DNA of 64,000 nucleotides from Nanobdellota archaeon. GTDB taxonomy: Archaea; Nanobdellota; Nanobdellia; Pacearchaeales; GW2011-AR1. The stretch spans positions 182,185 through 246,184 of the forward strand of contig JBBSXJ010000004.1 in assembly GCA_038045825.1 (NCBI GenBank), given 5' to 3'. Position numbers and translations under genes: made by a program. The notes under the pieces are model-generated. The model was not told where the DNA came from and searched no databases. It saw nothing but the letters and a program-made list of their open reading frames with translations. Position 1 is the stretch's first letter. Every line of letters begins with the position of its first letter. Shown here piece after piece: positions 24,045-34,395 of the stretch.

Positions 24045-24662
24045 ATGGCTAAAGGAAAGATAAAAATATTGGCTGCATCTGATTTGCATGGAGATAGCAG
24101 AGTAACTAAAAAATTGGCTGACAGAGCTCTAAAGGAAAAAGTTGATTTAGTTGTATTATGCGGGGACTTGACTGGATTTAATGATGGAAAAGATTTGATT
24201 AAACCTTTCAAAGATAAAAATCAGAAAGTCTTGATTTTACCTGGAAATTGGGATTCTTTTGCTACTACTGATTTTTTAGCTCAACTTTACAATGTGACTA
24301 ACATTCATGGATATAGTGCTGTTTATGAAGGTGTTGGATTTTTTGGAGCCGGAAGTGCTTCAACTGCTTTAGGTCCTAGATCTGGAATAAGTGAGGCTGA
24401 ATTATGGAAGACTTTGGAGAAAGCTCATTCTGGGCTTAAAGGAATAGAGAAGAAAATAATGCTTACCCATATGCATCCATCTGGAGGCATTTCAGAGGCG
24501 ACTGGATTTAGAGGAAGTGATTCTATTGTAAGGGCTATTGAAAAATTTAAGCCAGATTTGGTTTTGCATGGACACATACATGAGACTTTTGGAATTGAAG
24601 ATAAAATAGGGAATACTAGAGTAATTAATGTAGGGCCCAAAGGCATTATTTTAGAAATTTAA
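24045..24662 (+). CDS. calcineurin-like metallophosphoesterase
   Basis: SDLHG, CGD, PGNWD and HGHIHE motifs. Confidence 0.92.
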   Translation: MAKGKIKILAASDLHGDSRVTKKLADRALKEKVDLVVLCGDLTGFNDGKDLIKPFKDKNQKVLILPGNWDSFATTDFLAQLYNVTNIHGYSAVYEGVGFFGAGSASTALGPRSGISEAELWKTLEKAHSGLKGIEKKIMLTHMHPSGGISEATGFRGSDSIVRAIEKFKPDLVLHGHIHETFGIEDKIGNTRVINVGPKGIILEI

Positions 24663-24696
24663 TTAAGATTATAAAGTAGTTTCTCTTTTATTTTTT

Positions 24697-25224
24697 ATGA
24701 CAAAGGTGGATGATAAAAGAAGACCTCTTCCTAATGCTCCTGGAACTTCTAAATTAATAGGAGACTTTTATGAACATGAATGGCAGGGAAATAAAAGGAC
24801 TAGAGGAAGAACTGCTGGCTCTTATAGACTAGAGTCTTATGATCATATGGCAGCTGCAGGTGAATATAGAAGGGCTTTAGATTCTTCAATAGGAGAACAT
24901 TCTAAGAAAGGGCTAGAGAATTTGGAAGCTCGCGCATTAAAACAAGCTGCAGAAGCAGAAAGAATGGCTGAATTATATGAGCAGACTAAAAATTACATTG
25001 CTCCTTTTAGATGGTTTTTAAGATTTATTAGAGGAAGTCATATATTCGGATTTTTCATATTTTCTCTTCTTTTATCAGACCCTTTAATTACAGGGAGTTT
25101 GATAAGGAGTAGTGGAGAATTTAATTCTTTTCTTGGGATTATTTTATTCTTCTTGGGAATTGTTGGTTGTTATTTGCTTTTTTGGAAGAATCATTTAATG
25201 AATAGAGCAAGAGACAAATATTGA
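24697..25224 (+). CDS. hypothetical protein with two C-terminal TM helices
   Basis: TM-[ITG]-TM C-terminus. Confidence 0.6.
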   Translation: MTKVDDKRRPLPNAPGTSKLIGDFYEHEWQGNKRTRGRTAGSYRLESYDHMAAAGEYRRALDSSIGEHSKKGLENLEARALKQAAEAERMAELYEQTKNYIAPFRWFLRFIRGSHIFGFFIFSLLLSDPLITGSLIRSSGEFNSFLGIILFFLGIVGCYLLFWKNHLMNRARDKY

Positions 25225-25387
25225 TTTTTTAAGTGTGGAGTTTGCTAGTCTTTTTCGTGATTTTTGGGCTTTATTACTAATTAAGAAAATTTGCCTCGGT
25301 AAGGGTGAGGCGCGAAGCGCCGAACTGCGCCGACAACGTTTATAAATCTGTTTGCTTTTTGTAAAAAGTGAGAGTTGTGATAATTTT

Positions 25388-27358
25388 ATGATTCAAAAAG
25401 AGATTTTGCCAAGAGTTCCGTTATACTATAGTGTTCCGATGATTGTTATCTGCATAATTGCTCTTTTGATTTTAGTTTTACTTTTCAAGATGGACTACTC
25501 TGATTTACGTTTACAGCCTTTTCCTGTAAGTCCGATAAATGTTAGCTCTTGCGGTGTTTTGAGTCAAGACAATGCTTACTATTTTATTAATCAAACTCTT
25601 AATGCAACTTCATTTGCTCAAAATACTTTTGGGGCGTGTCTTCTTATAAATGGTACTAATATTTTTGTAGATGGCAATTTGAGAAATATAATTGGTGAAA
25701 ATGGATTAGTCTTTAATGCCATCAATGTTACAGGTTTTGGGGTCACTATTACTGGATTTAATATAAGTGGCACTTCTCAATCTGTTCTTCGTAACGGCAT
25801 TATGTCTACTGGTGCTCAAACTATAATAGATGGTAATTATATCTCTAACGTTGCTGAAAGCGCTATAAATTTGAAGAATAGCTTGGGTAGTATAGTAGTT
25901 AGCAACTCAATATTTAATTCTCTTTATGGGATATATCTTGATTATTCAAATTATACTATAGTTGTTGAAAACTCAATTGTAAATCCTATTTCTTTAAACT
26001 CTAATGGGATTTATCTATCTTATAGCAAGAATAATTATCTTAATCGTAATTTTATTAGATCATCGAATTATTCATTGACTCTATGGCATTCGAGCCAAAA
26101 TATAATTGAAAATAGCTCATTTTTAGAACCCATTTATGCCGGGATATTCTCTGTTGAAGGAGACTCTAATTATATTACAGATGTAAATATAATAAATCCT
26201 CGTCAATATGGCTTAATTGGTTTTATTACAGGTCTTTTTGAGATTAATAAATTAAATGTTATTAATGGCAGTCAAGCATATTACGATTTAGAGTTTAATA
26301 ATCCTTACTTTCCATCATATGTAAGCGGGTTTATTATAATAAAAAATAGCTCGATTGGTTCTTATAGGTTTAATAATACTTATCTAATTTATACGGATAC
26401 TTATAATATTACCAATATAAACTTTAATGATCTGTTATCCACTTCTGGAAGTAATTTGAGTGATCATATAAAGGTTAATTATAACTATGCAGATGTTAAA
26501 TCCAATTTGAATCCTGGATTAAATAAACCTGCATCGATTACTTTTTCCGGTTTACCGACTAACATTACTAACCAGACGGTTTATCGCAATGGTGTTCCTT
26601 GTCCTTTAAATATTTGCAACATTATTAATTTTAGCAACGGGACTATTATTTTTAATGTTACTGGGTGGACCAATTATACCTTTGGCAACTTGACTGGTCA
26701 AACACAACCTCAACAACCATCTCAAACTATGACTATTAATGAACCTGATCCAAATGAACAATATACTACAGCAGCGTTCCCTGTAACATTCAGAGTCATC
26801 TTGGGCACTCTAAATGGGAGTGTTAAATTTAGTTTGAATAATGGTGTTGCGAATACTACGATGACTAATGATAGCACTGGTGTTGAATTCGAATATATTC
26901 AAAGCTCTCTTTATACCGGCAACTACACTTTCACTGCTTTTGCAAACTTTACCAATGGTACAAGACTAAGAACTTCAGTTAACTTTAGTGTTGTAAATAC
27001 CACTGGTTCAAACTCTGGATCTGGGTCAGGAAGTGGTTCTGGATCAGGAAGTAGCAGTGGAACAAGTTCATCTGGAACTACTGGCAGAGGCAACATAACT
27101 CTTCCTCCATTTAATTCTACTACCGGGTCAGCTTCTGGAACTGGATCGACTCAGACGTTGCCTGGTGGAAATCAATCTTCAAGCATGGCTTTGAGAAGTA
27201 TGATATTCTGGCTTATTATTGCAGTAATATCTATTATGATAATTATACTAACAATATTAATAGTTAAAGCTATTAAACAGAGAAAGAGCAAATTATCATC
27301 AAGCATGTCTGTTTCAAATTCCGTTAACTCTGGTGGATTAATAAGTAATCTTAGATGA
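25388..27358 (+). CDS. NosD/right-handed beta-helix surface protein with Gly-Ser linker and membrane anchor
   Basis: GIYL..S..N.I..N repeats, a (GS)n tract, N- and C-terminal TMs. Confidence 0.8.
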   Translation: MIQKEILPRVPLYYSVPMIVICIIALLILVLLFKMDYSDLRLQPFPVSPINVSSCGVLSQDNAYYFINQTLNATSFAQNTFGACLLINGTNIFVDGNLRNIIGENGLVFNAINVTGFGVTITGFNISGTSQSVLRNGIMSTGAQTIIDGNYISNVAESAINLKNSLGSIVVSNSIFNSLYGIYLDYSNYTIVVENSIVNPISLNSNGIYLSYSKNNYLNRNFIRSSNYSLTLWHSSQNIIENSSFLEPIYAGIFSVEGDSNYITDVNIINPRQYGLIGFITGLFEINKLNVINGSQAYYDLEFNNPYFPSYVSGFIIIKNSSIGSYRFNNTYLIYTDTYNITNINFNDLLSTSGSNLSDHIKVNYNYADVKSNLNPGLNKPASITFSGLPTNITNQTVYRNGVPCPLNICNIINFSNGTIIFNVTGWTNYTFGNLTGQTQPQQPSQTMTINEPDPNEQYTTAAFPVTFRVILGTLNGSVKFSLNNGVANTTMTNDSTGVEFEYIQSSLYTGNYTFTAFANFTNGTRLRTSVNFSVVNTTGSNSGSGSGSGSGSGSSSGTSSSGTTGRGNITLPPFNSTTGSASGTGSTQTLPGGNQSSSMALRSMIFWLIIAVISIMIIILTILIVKAIKQRKSKLSSSMSVSNSVNSGGLISNLR

Positions 27359-29680
27359 CTAGAAAAGTTTCTTTTGTTTTGAATTCTTTAGTATATCTTC
27401 TGTTGATGTGTTGAAAAAGTGAAGTATCGTATCAGCTATAGGGGTTATCTGCTTCTCTATATAGTGTTCATAGTCTATCTTATGTTTTAACTTTTGAACC
27501 GGCTCAGGACCATTTTTAGTTATATAATATTCTATTATGTTTGATTCTAAATTATCCAGTAATCTTGCTGCTTTAACATGAGGGGGAGTTGTTTTAGTAT
27601 ACTGGTCTAAGTCTTTTCTTATTGACTTTCTGTAAACTAGTTTTTTGTCTAATTTTCCTTGATTTATTTTTTTAATGTATTCTTTTATGAATTGTATTGG
27701 GTCTTCTTTGTGGAATATTTTGTTCAATAATTCTATTTGGAAGTCTTTTGCAGCTTCTGTCCAATCTCCACGGATTGCTTCTAGACCTACTATTTCTAAC
27801 TCTTCTTTTCCATCTTTTTCTATAAGTCCAGCATATCTTTTCTTTGAACCTGTTTCTAATTTTGCATTTCTCACTTTAGGAAGCATAAATGCTTTGTAAT
27901 ATTTCTTGAATTCTAGTTCAAGATATGATTTTCTATCATATTTTTCTTTTATGTAATTATTGTAAAAATCATTTATGTATTTTTGAATCTCATTTCCAAT
28001 TTCTTTTGGATTCTTTTTAGAGTTCATTTTTAGAAAGACTGAATCAGTATCTGAATATATTGTGTTAAGCCCCATTTCTTCTATTTTTTTTGCTGTTAAT
28101 TGAATTAGTTCCTGACCGAAATGAGTTATCGCATTTGCCATGTCAAGACTAAAATATCTGCAATTTGGAGACGCAAGAACACCAAAAAACGAATTCATTA
28201 TTATTTTTATTGCATAACTCGATAATTCTCTGTTTTCTCTTTTTGCTTTTTCCCTTTCATTGTGTAATTTTTCTATTATTTCTGGGAGAATTCCATTATC
28301 ATTTCTAAAATATGCTTTATTTGGAGACTCTATTGAATTCTTTTCTTTTTTTTCAAGCATTGAAATTGGGTCAATGTTAAATGTTTTTATTATGGATGGA
28401 TACAGTGATTTGAAGTCCAGGACTAAAACATTCTCGTATATTCCTGGAATTGGTTCCATTACATAGCCACCCTTTATTCTTTCTTCTTTTTGTTTGTAAT
28501 GGAGTGTTGGAGATACTATTCCTCTCTTTCTTGCTTCTCTTATATATAGAGAATCAAATGCAACTATTGAACCTGTTAATTTGTTTATGGGCAATCCTAT
28601 AAGTGTAGTTCTCTCTATCGCTAAATCTAAGATTTTTGTTTTTGTTAGTAGATTATATGCTAACTTGCAATCTTGTATATTGTATTTTATTAGTTTTTCT
28701 TTATCCTTTTTATATAATATTTCTATTTCATCATGTCTATCTTTTCCAGAAATTAATTTTCCCTCTCCAAGCATTACTTGAGATACATTTTCTAAGGTGT
28801 AAGATTCAAACTCTTTATTCTTTATTGATGGAGCTTCTTGTATGAATGGGTCCTTTATCAAGTTTAAACCATCTAGGACTTGTCTTCCTGGAATTTTTGC
28901 TGTTGAGCTTCTGAAGAAGTTATTTTCTATTTTTATTCTAACATTTTCATTTGTTCTTCCTATGTCAAAACTTATGTTGTGCTCTTCAAATTTTTTCTTT
29001 AGATAGTTTAAGTCAAAGTCGATTACATGCCATCCTGTAATTATATCAGGGTCAAATCTTTCTATTTCTGATTTGAATTTTACTAAAAGCTCTGCTTCTG
29101 TTTTGCAGGCTATTGCTCCTTTTACTTCTTCTTTGCTTACTATGAAGCTTTTCTCATAATTATGGCTGTATAAACCTATACAGAATAAGTCTCCTCCTTT
29201 TTTGTCGGTTTCTATGTCTAATGATAGGACTTTTAATTGAATATCTGATTTTGATGGTTTAATTATTGGATTTTTGTATACAACATCTACTTTTTCTGCT
29301 GTTTCTGTTTCGCCAGATATTTCTATTACGCTGTAAATATCATTATCTATTAGGTATCTTAATGTAGGGCTTAAGTCTGATTCGTATGTGTTTATTTCTT
29401 TTTGATGAACTGCTTTTACTATCTTTGTAATGTCTGTTTTATTTTCATGAGATATTTTTAGTACTTTTTCTTTGTTTTTGTTAACAAGATCTGTTTTTTC
29501 TATTTTACAATTTGTTAGTACATTTTTTGCTTTTTGCAAGTCTGTTTCTCTGATGTAAAAGTACTGTGTAAATAGTACAACTGCTGCGAATGATTTCTCA
29601 TTCTCCAGGCGACCAAATATTTGGATGTAAGTCTTTTCATCTTGAGATATTGATGATATATTTACAATGTAACCTTTCAT
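27359..29680 (-). CDS. polB: family B DNA polymerase (bacterial Pol II-like)
   Basis: Exo I DIETD, DFKSLYPS, KIIMNSFFG, YSDTDS, KKRYAG; C-terminal PIP-like QKKLF. Confidence 0.95.
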   Translation of the reverse strand: MKGYIVNISSISQDEKTYIQIFGRLENEKSFAAVVLFTQYFYIRETDLQKAKNVLTNCKIEKTDLVNKNKEKVLKISHENKTDITKIVKAVHQKEINTYESDLSPTLRYLIDNDIYSVIEISGETETAEKVDVVYKNPIIKPSKSDIQLKVLSLDIETDKKGGDLFCIGLYSHNYEKSFIVSKEEVKGAIACKTEAELLVKFKSEIERFDPDIITGWHVIDFDLNYLKKKFEEHNISFDIGRTNENVRIKIENNFFRSSTAKIPGRQVLDGLNLIKDPFIQEAPSIKNKEFESYTLENVSQVMLGEGKLISGKDRHDEIEILYKKDKEKLIKYNIQDCKLAYNLLTKTKILDLAIERTTLIGLPINKLTGSIVAFDSLYIREARKRGIVSPTLHYKQKEERIKGGYVMEPIPGIYENVLVLDFKSLYPSIIKTFNIDPISMLEKKEKNSIESPNKAYFRNDNGILPEIIEKLHNEREKAKRENRELSSYAIKIIMNSFFGVLASPNCRYFSLDMANAITHFGQELIQLTAKKIEEMGLNTIYSDTDSVFLKMNSKKNPKEIGNEIQKYINDFYNNYIKEKYDRKSYLELEFKKYYKAFMLPKVRNAKLETGSKKRYAGLIEKDGKEELEIVGLEAIRGDWTEAAKDFQIELLNKIFHKEDPIQFIKEYIKKINQGKLDKKLVYRKSIRKDLDQYTKTTPPHVKAARLLDNLESNIIEYYITKNGPEPVQKLKHKIDYEHYIEKQITPIADTILHFFNTSTEDILKNSKQKKLF

Positions 29681-29740
29681 ATTATTTTTATGCTTAATGT
29701 GTTTTTAATTGTTTTACTAGTGTTTAGATAATGTTTAAAA

Positions 29741-30220
29741 ATGGACTTTTATTGGGTTTTTGTGGTAACTAGAGATATAGCAAATATGGAAGCGGATAGA
29801 TCTGGAGCCATGAAGTCAGGAGATGCTTTGAGATATCATATTTTATGTGTTGAACTTAATTATGGTCAACATGCAATAGAAGACATAGAATTATTCTTGA
29901 GAGGCAAATCTCTCAAAGAAGAAACCAATATAGGAGGGGATATGGAAAATATTGAAATAATATCTCTTGATGAAGTTGAAGACGATGTTATTTTAAGTGC
30001 ATATAGGATAGTGCGTCCTATTATAAACAATCCTGATTGGAGAAAAGAAGGATATGCTGCTGAATTAAAGAAAAGGCTTAGAATGATTAAGGCTACAGGA
30101 TATCCTTTAGAGTCACATGGTTCTTCTGATAATCTTGAGGTAATAGTTTCAGCTTATACGAATACAAAAGGAACTATTCTTCAACAAGTTTTAAGGAGGG
30201 GACTTAAATACAAAAAATAA
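29741..30220 (+). CDS. hypothetical protein
   Basis: ORF only; start uncertain. Confidence 0.55.
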   Translation: MDFYWVFVVTRDIANMEADRSGAMKSGDALRYHILCVELNYGQHAIEDIELFLRGKSLKEETNIGGDMENIEIISLDEVEDDVILSAYRIVRPIINNPDWRKEGYAAELKKRLRMIKATGYPLESHGSSDNLEVIVSAYTNTKGTILQQVLRRGLKYKK

Positions 30221-30467
30221 TTTTATTATTGCTGTTAGGTTAAAATAGGAATAAATGGAAGAGCAAACAAAACAAGCGGGAGTTTCTGAGTTCTTATAAG
30301 AGAGATTAAATAATAGATTGTTAAAATGTTCTTTAGATGAGTTGCAAATTTTACGTGTGAAGATAGTCTTTATTTGATTAATTTGCTAGGTTGAATTGTT
30401 ACTTATAGGTTCTTATGAATGTTCTAACTACAATAATTTTTATTAACTCCAGATACCACTTTTTCAT

Positions 30468-31484
30468 ATGGGTTTGCAAATAGGTGATTTGGTTAATCGT
30501 AAGGAGGTTGCTTTTAAAGATTTGAAAGGCAAGACTGTTGCTGTTGATGCTTTCAATGCAATATATCAATTTCTTTCTTCTGTAAGGCAGCCTGATGGAA
30601 CTCCTTTGATGGATTCTTCTGGAAATATTACTTCTCATTTATCTGGATTGTTTTATAGGAATATTGCTTTGCTTGTTGAAGGTCTTAATTTGATTTATGT
30701 TTTTGATGGAGAATATCATATATTGAAGGGAAAGACTCATGAAATTCGCCAAGCTGCTAAAGATAAGATGACTGAAAAATATGAGAAAGCCCTGGAAGAT
30801 GAAGATATTGATGGAATGGGTAAATACTCTAGAGGCTTTATGAAACTTGATACTAAGATGATTACTGAAAGTAAAGAATTACTTGAGGCTATGGGTATTG
30901 CTGTTGTTCAAGCTCCTGGAGAGGGGGAAATGCAGGCTGCTGAGATTGTTAAGTCAGGTCAAGCGTATGCTGTTGCTTCTCAAGATTATGATGCTTTGGT
31001 TGTTGGAGGTACAAGATTAATTCAAAATTTGACTTTGTCCCGCAAGAGAAAAACTGTTTCTGGTTTTGTTTATATTGCTCCTGAAATGATTGAATTTGAG
31101 AATGTAATTAATCAGTTAGGTATTACAGGAGATCAGCTTATTTGCTTAGCTATTCTTGTGGGAACTGATTTTAATCCTGGTGGTGTAAGGGGAATAGGTC
31201 CAAAAAAGGCTCTTGCTCTTGTAAAGCAGAAAATTTATCCCGTTGCAATATTCGAAGATGTTGTTGAAAGACATGGAGATTTAGGATTTAACTGGAAAGA
31301 GATATTTGAAATTTTTAAGAAACCAAATGTTTCAAAGCATAAGGTTGTTTTTTCTAAGTTTGATGAGAAAAAGATTAAGGAGATATTAGTTGAAAGACAT
31401 GAGTTCTCTGAAGAAAGAGTTGAGAATCAAATTGCTAAATTACGTGAGCTTCATTCTAAGAAAGGACAGATGAGTTTGTTTTAG
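30468..31484 (+). CDS. fen: flap endonuclease 1
   Basis: DAFNAIYQFL, APGEGE, SQDYD, GTDFNPGG; C-terminal PIP box QMSLF. Confidence 0.97.
   Translation: MGLQIGDLVNRKEVAFKDLKGKTVAVDAFNAIYQFLSSVRQPDGTPLMDSSGNITSHLSGLFYRNIALLVEGLNLIYVFDGEYHILKGKTHEIRQAAKDKMTEKYEKALEDEDIDGMGKYSRGFMKLDTKMITESKELLEAMGIAVVQAPGEGEMQAAEIVKSGQAYAVASQDYDALVVGGTRLIQNLTLSRKRKTVSGFVYIAPEMIEFENVINQLGITGDQLICLAILVGTDFNPGGVRGIGPKKALALVKQKIYPVAIFEDVVERHGDLGFNWKEIFEIFKKPNVSKHKVVFSKFDEKKIKEILVERHEFSEERVENQIAKLRELHSKKGQMSLF
31428..31484 (+). repeat. fen1 3' end, copy 1 of an imperfect direct repeat
   Basis: 48/57 nt identical to 32293-32349. Confidence 0.9.
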
Positions 31485-31523
31485 TATAGAAATTGATATA
31501 TATCTGATTATTTTATTTTTTAT

Positions 31524-32096
31524 ATGGAAAGAGGTGTTGGAGATAGAAATATTTTAGATAAATTTGCTTTAGAGTTTTGTGAAATTATGGAGAAATATGC
31601 TAAATATATTGTTGTTTCTGGTTTTGTTGCTATATCTCATGGGAGAAAAAGAACTACTGAAGATATAGATATGATTATTGAAAAAATTTCATTTGATAAA
31701 TTTAGATCTCTTCATGAAGATTTGTTTAGGAATGGTTTTCATTGTATGCAGTCTACTAAAATGGATGATGTCTATGATTATTTGATTCATGGAGATAGTG
31801 TGAGATATGTTAGACAAGGTACTCTTATGCCTCCTGAAATGGAAGTAAAATTTGTAAAAGATGAGATAGATGAGTTACAGATTATGACAAGAAAGAAACT
31901 TGAGTTTACTGGTTTAGATATATGGTTTTCTTCTATTGATTTTAATATAGCTTTTAAAGAGGAATTATTAAAGGCACCGAAAGATATGGAAGATGCCAAA
32001 CATTTAAGGATAATCTACAGAGATGAAATTGATGAAAATTTTATTAATGAAATTAAAAAAATGATTAGAATGTTGAGGTTGAACAAAAATGACTAG
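31524..32096 (+). CDS. nucleotidyltransferase (DUF6036/AbiEii-like)
   Basis: SGFVAISHG..RTTEDIDMI and KD..D motifs. Confidence 0.75.
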   Translation: MERGVGDRNILDKFALEFCEIMEKYAKYIVVSGFVAISHGRKRTTEDIDMIIEKISFDKFRSLHEDLFRNGFHCMQSTKMDDVYDYLIHGDSVRYVRQGTLMPPEMEVKFVKDEIDELQIMTRKKLEFTGLDIWFSSIDFNIAFKEELLKAPKDMEDAKHLRIIYRDEIDENFINEIKKMIRMLRLNKND

Positions 32097-32349
32097 AGAT
32101 AAATCACATATGGAAGCTGTTGAAAAGTGGGCTGAATTTGTTAGAATATCCCCAAGAAGTGAATGGAAGCATTCAGTGGATATGCTTATCAATGCTGTTT
32201 ATGAAAAAGCAGATGAATTTTATAAAAGGCTTGAAAAAACTGAAAAAGGACGTGAAATTTTGAAGAGGTTAAATGAAGATAAAATTAATAGTCAAATTGC
32301 TAAATTGCGTGAGCTTAAAGCTAAGAAGGGACAGACCAGCTTGTTCTAG
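32089..32349 (+). CDS. small helical protein ending in a FEN1-derived PIP-box tail
   Basis: C-terminus QIAKLRELKAKKGQTSLF versus FEN1 QIAKLRELHSKKGQMSLF. Confidence 0.75.
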   Translation: MTRDKSHMEAVEKWAEFVRISPRSEWKHSVDMLINAVYEKADEFYKRLEKTEKGREILKRLNEDKINSQIAKLRELKAKKGQTSLF

Positions 32350-32413
32350 TTTGTCATGACTCCATAGTTACTACAATAGAAAGATTTAAATAGTAAATAT
32401 TTGGACTATTTTT

Positions 32414-32971
32414 ATGACAATAGGAAGTTTTATTGGAAGACATAAGGGAAAATTGCTTGGATTAGCTCTTGCAGCTGGAGCATTTACTTGGGCTTATACG
32501 CGTCCAAATAGAGGTGAAATCCTTATAGTTGATGATATTCTTTATTCTGTTGGTATTGAGCAGGAAACAATATATAATGGGAAGTTGGGTAGTTGGAATG
32601 TCTTTTATGAAGAAAGAAAAGATGGTAATCATATGTCTGCCAAAAAAGGATCTGTTAGAGTACAATATACAGATGACGATGACTTTAAACCATTGAACTG
32701 GGATGCAAATGCTGGTTGGGATGATGAAAAGAAGAGACCTAAACCTCTTAATGGCAAGCTAGAGCATGTTGTTTTTACTGATAAAAAGGGCACTTTGGAA
32801 TTCTCACGTGCAGATATAGATGAGTCTACATATAGCTCGCGTAACAAGAATGAAGTATTTACTAATGCGAATGCACATTATGAAGCCTTTCTTAATGCTA
32901 TAATATTGGCTAAGCGTGGAGAATCTGACGAAGAACTTTCTAGATATTTAGAAGCAGTTAAGGGTAATTAA
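32414..32971 (+). CDS. membrane-anchored hypothetical protein
   Basis: N-terminal hydrophobic helix; TATA box upstream. Confidence 0.65.
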   Translation: MTIGSFIGRHKGKLLGLALAAGAFTWAYTRPNRGEILIVDDILYSVGIEQETIYNGKLGSWNVFYEERKDGNHMSAKKGSVRVQYTDDDDFKPLNWDANAGWDDEKKRPKPLNGKLEHVVFTDKKGTLEFSRADIDESTYSSRNKNEVFTNANAHYEAFLNAIILAKRGESDEELSRYLEAVKGN

Positions 32972-33014
32972 CCTACTCGTTAAATTATTTAAAGAGATAT
33001 AACTGTCTTGTTAT

Positions 33015-33698
33015 ATGATGAGGTGGGTGCATTTTAGAGTTATATTATTTTGTTTAGTTTTACTCGTTAGTGCTGTTTCAGGACAACTTGATCAAACTCA
33101 AAAAGATATTGAAAAATCTGGAGAGGAAGTCCAAAAGGCTGTTGAGAAGGCGAGAGGATTTACGGAGGCAGATTATTGGGAGAATATAGGGTTGCAATGG
33201 AAGGAGTTTCTATTAAGAAATAAGTTTGTTTCTTCAGTTAATGTCTTTTTTACTAAAATAAACATAGTTTTCTTGATTTTATTTGGAATGAATTGGAGTC
33301 TTTCTTTCAATATGTTTTTTGCATTTTTGTTTTGGGTGTTTACTCTTTATTCAATAATCAAATATATGTCTTCGGTAGATAAAAAAGCTATAGGCATTCT
33401 CTATTCTTTCATAATTGTTATTTTGCTTGCCCAGATTAATTTATTTGAGTATATTGGAAAGTGGTCTGTTGCATTAGTTTTCTATAAAAGTTCTCTATTG
33501 TGGAAAGTTTTGTTCTTTTTAGCAGTAATTGGATTTTTTGTTGGATTCTGGGGTCTTAATAGATCTATTGCTAAATGGATAAAGAAGAAAAGAGAAGAAT
33601 GGGAAGCTGATGTAGAAAAGGATGCCAAAATGACATTTGTACAATGGATTAAAGCTACTACTGGTGGAAACTGGAGAACTACTAAAAAGTTTGGCTGA
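33015..33698 (+). CDS. signal peptide plus multi-TM membrane protein
   Basis: VSG|Q signal, about 4 TMs, charged tail. Confidence 0.75.
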   Translation: MMRWVHFRVILFCLVLLVSAVSGQLDQTQKDIEKSGEEVQKAVEKARGFTEADYWENIGLQWKEFLLRNKFVSSVNVFFTKINIVFLILFGMNWSLSFNMFFAFLFWVFTLYSIIKYMSSVDKKAIGILYSFIIVILLAQINLFEYIGKWSVALVFYKSSLLWKVLFFLAVIGFFVGFWGLNRSIAKWIKKKREEWEADVEKDAKMTFVQWIKATTGGNWRTTKKFG

Positions 33699-34319
33699 TT
33701 ACTTTTTTCTTAATCTTGATTTGGCTTCTTCTGCAATAGTATCAAGAGCCTCTTCTTTTTGATCTCTTTCTATTTCTTTCTTTATCTTTTCTTTTAACCA
33801 GAATACTACTACACCTACAATAACTAACGCAAAGATTGTTATTAATAGATTTCCGAATTCCCAGCCGTTAATAAATATGAAAATGTCTTCGTTTTCCAAC
33901 CACTTTTCTGTTGCTACTGAAAACGCTTTTGTTGATCCTATTATCATAGTTATACAAAAGGCACTAATTGATACTGCAATTTGGCTAATTGTTTGTATTG
34001 ATTTTAATGTAGAATAAGATGCAATTAATACAAAAGTCCATAATGCAATTACTATTATTAAATTTGAAATAGGTATTGGTTCTTGAGAGTTTATTCCTAA
34101 ACCTATTCTAGTTATTGTTTTAAGACCTGTGGGTATTGTTATTTCTTCCTCTAGTTTTTCATCTATTTTGGGAGTTGGGTCTTTGGTGTTTATTTTTGGT
34201 ATTAGTAACTTTTCTGTTGTAGTGCTTGTACCTGGCTCTTGAGTAGTTGTTGTTTGCGCTGAGATTAGGATACTTATGAAAAGGATCGATAATACTAAAA
34301 TGCTCAAGCTCTTTTTCAT
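33699..34319 (-). CDS. signal peptide plus multi-TM membrane protein
   Basis: ISA|Q signal, 3 TMs, charged coiled-coil tail. Confidence 0.75.
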   Translation of the reverse strand: MKKSLSILVLSILFISILISAQTTTTQEPGTSTTTEKLLIPKINTKDPTPKIDEKLEEEITIPTGLKTITRIGLGINSQEPIPISNLIIVIALWTFVLIASYSTLKSIQTISQIAVSISAFCITMIIGSTKAFSVATEKWLENEDIFIFINGWEFGNLLITIFALVIVGVVVFWLKEKIKKEIERDQKEEALDTIAEEAKSRLRKK

Positions 34320-34395
34320 ATTGTTTTTTATTTGAGATTTAATATAAATGTTTGTTTCGAGAAATGTTTAAATACCTCTTTGAGCATTTGTCACT

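Noticed and set aside
27005-27085. Tandem-looking repeat
   Set aside because: It is a Gly-Ser linker within the surface protein, with varied codons
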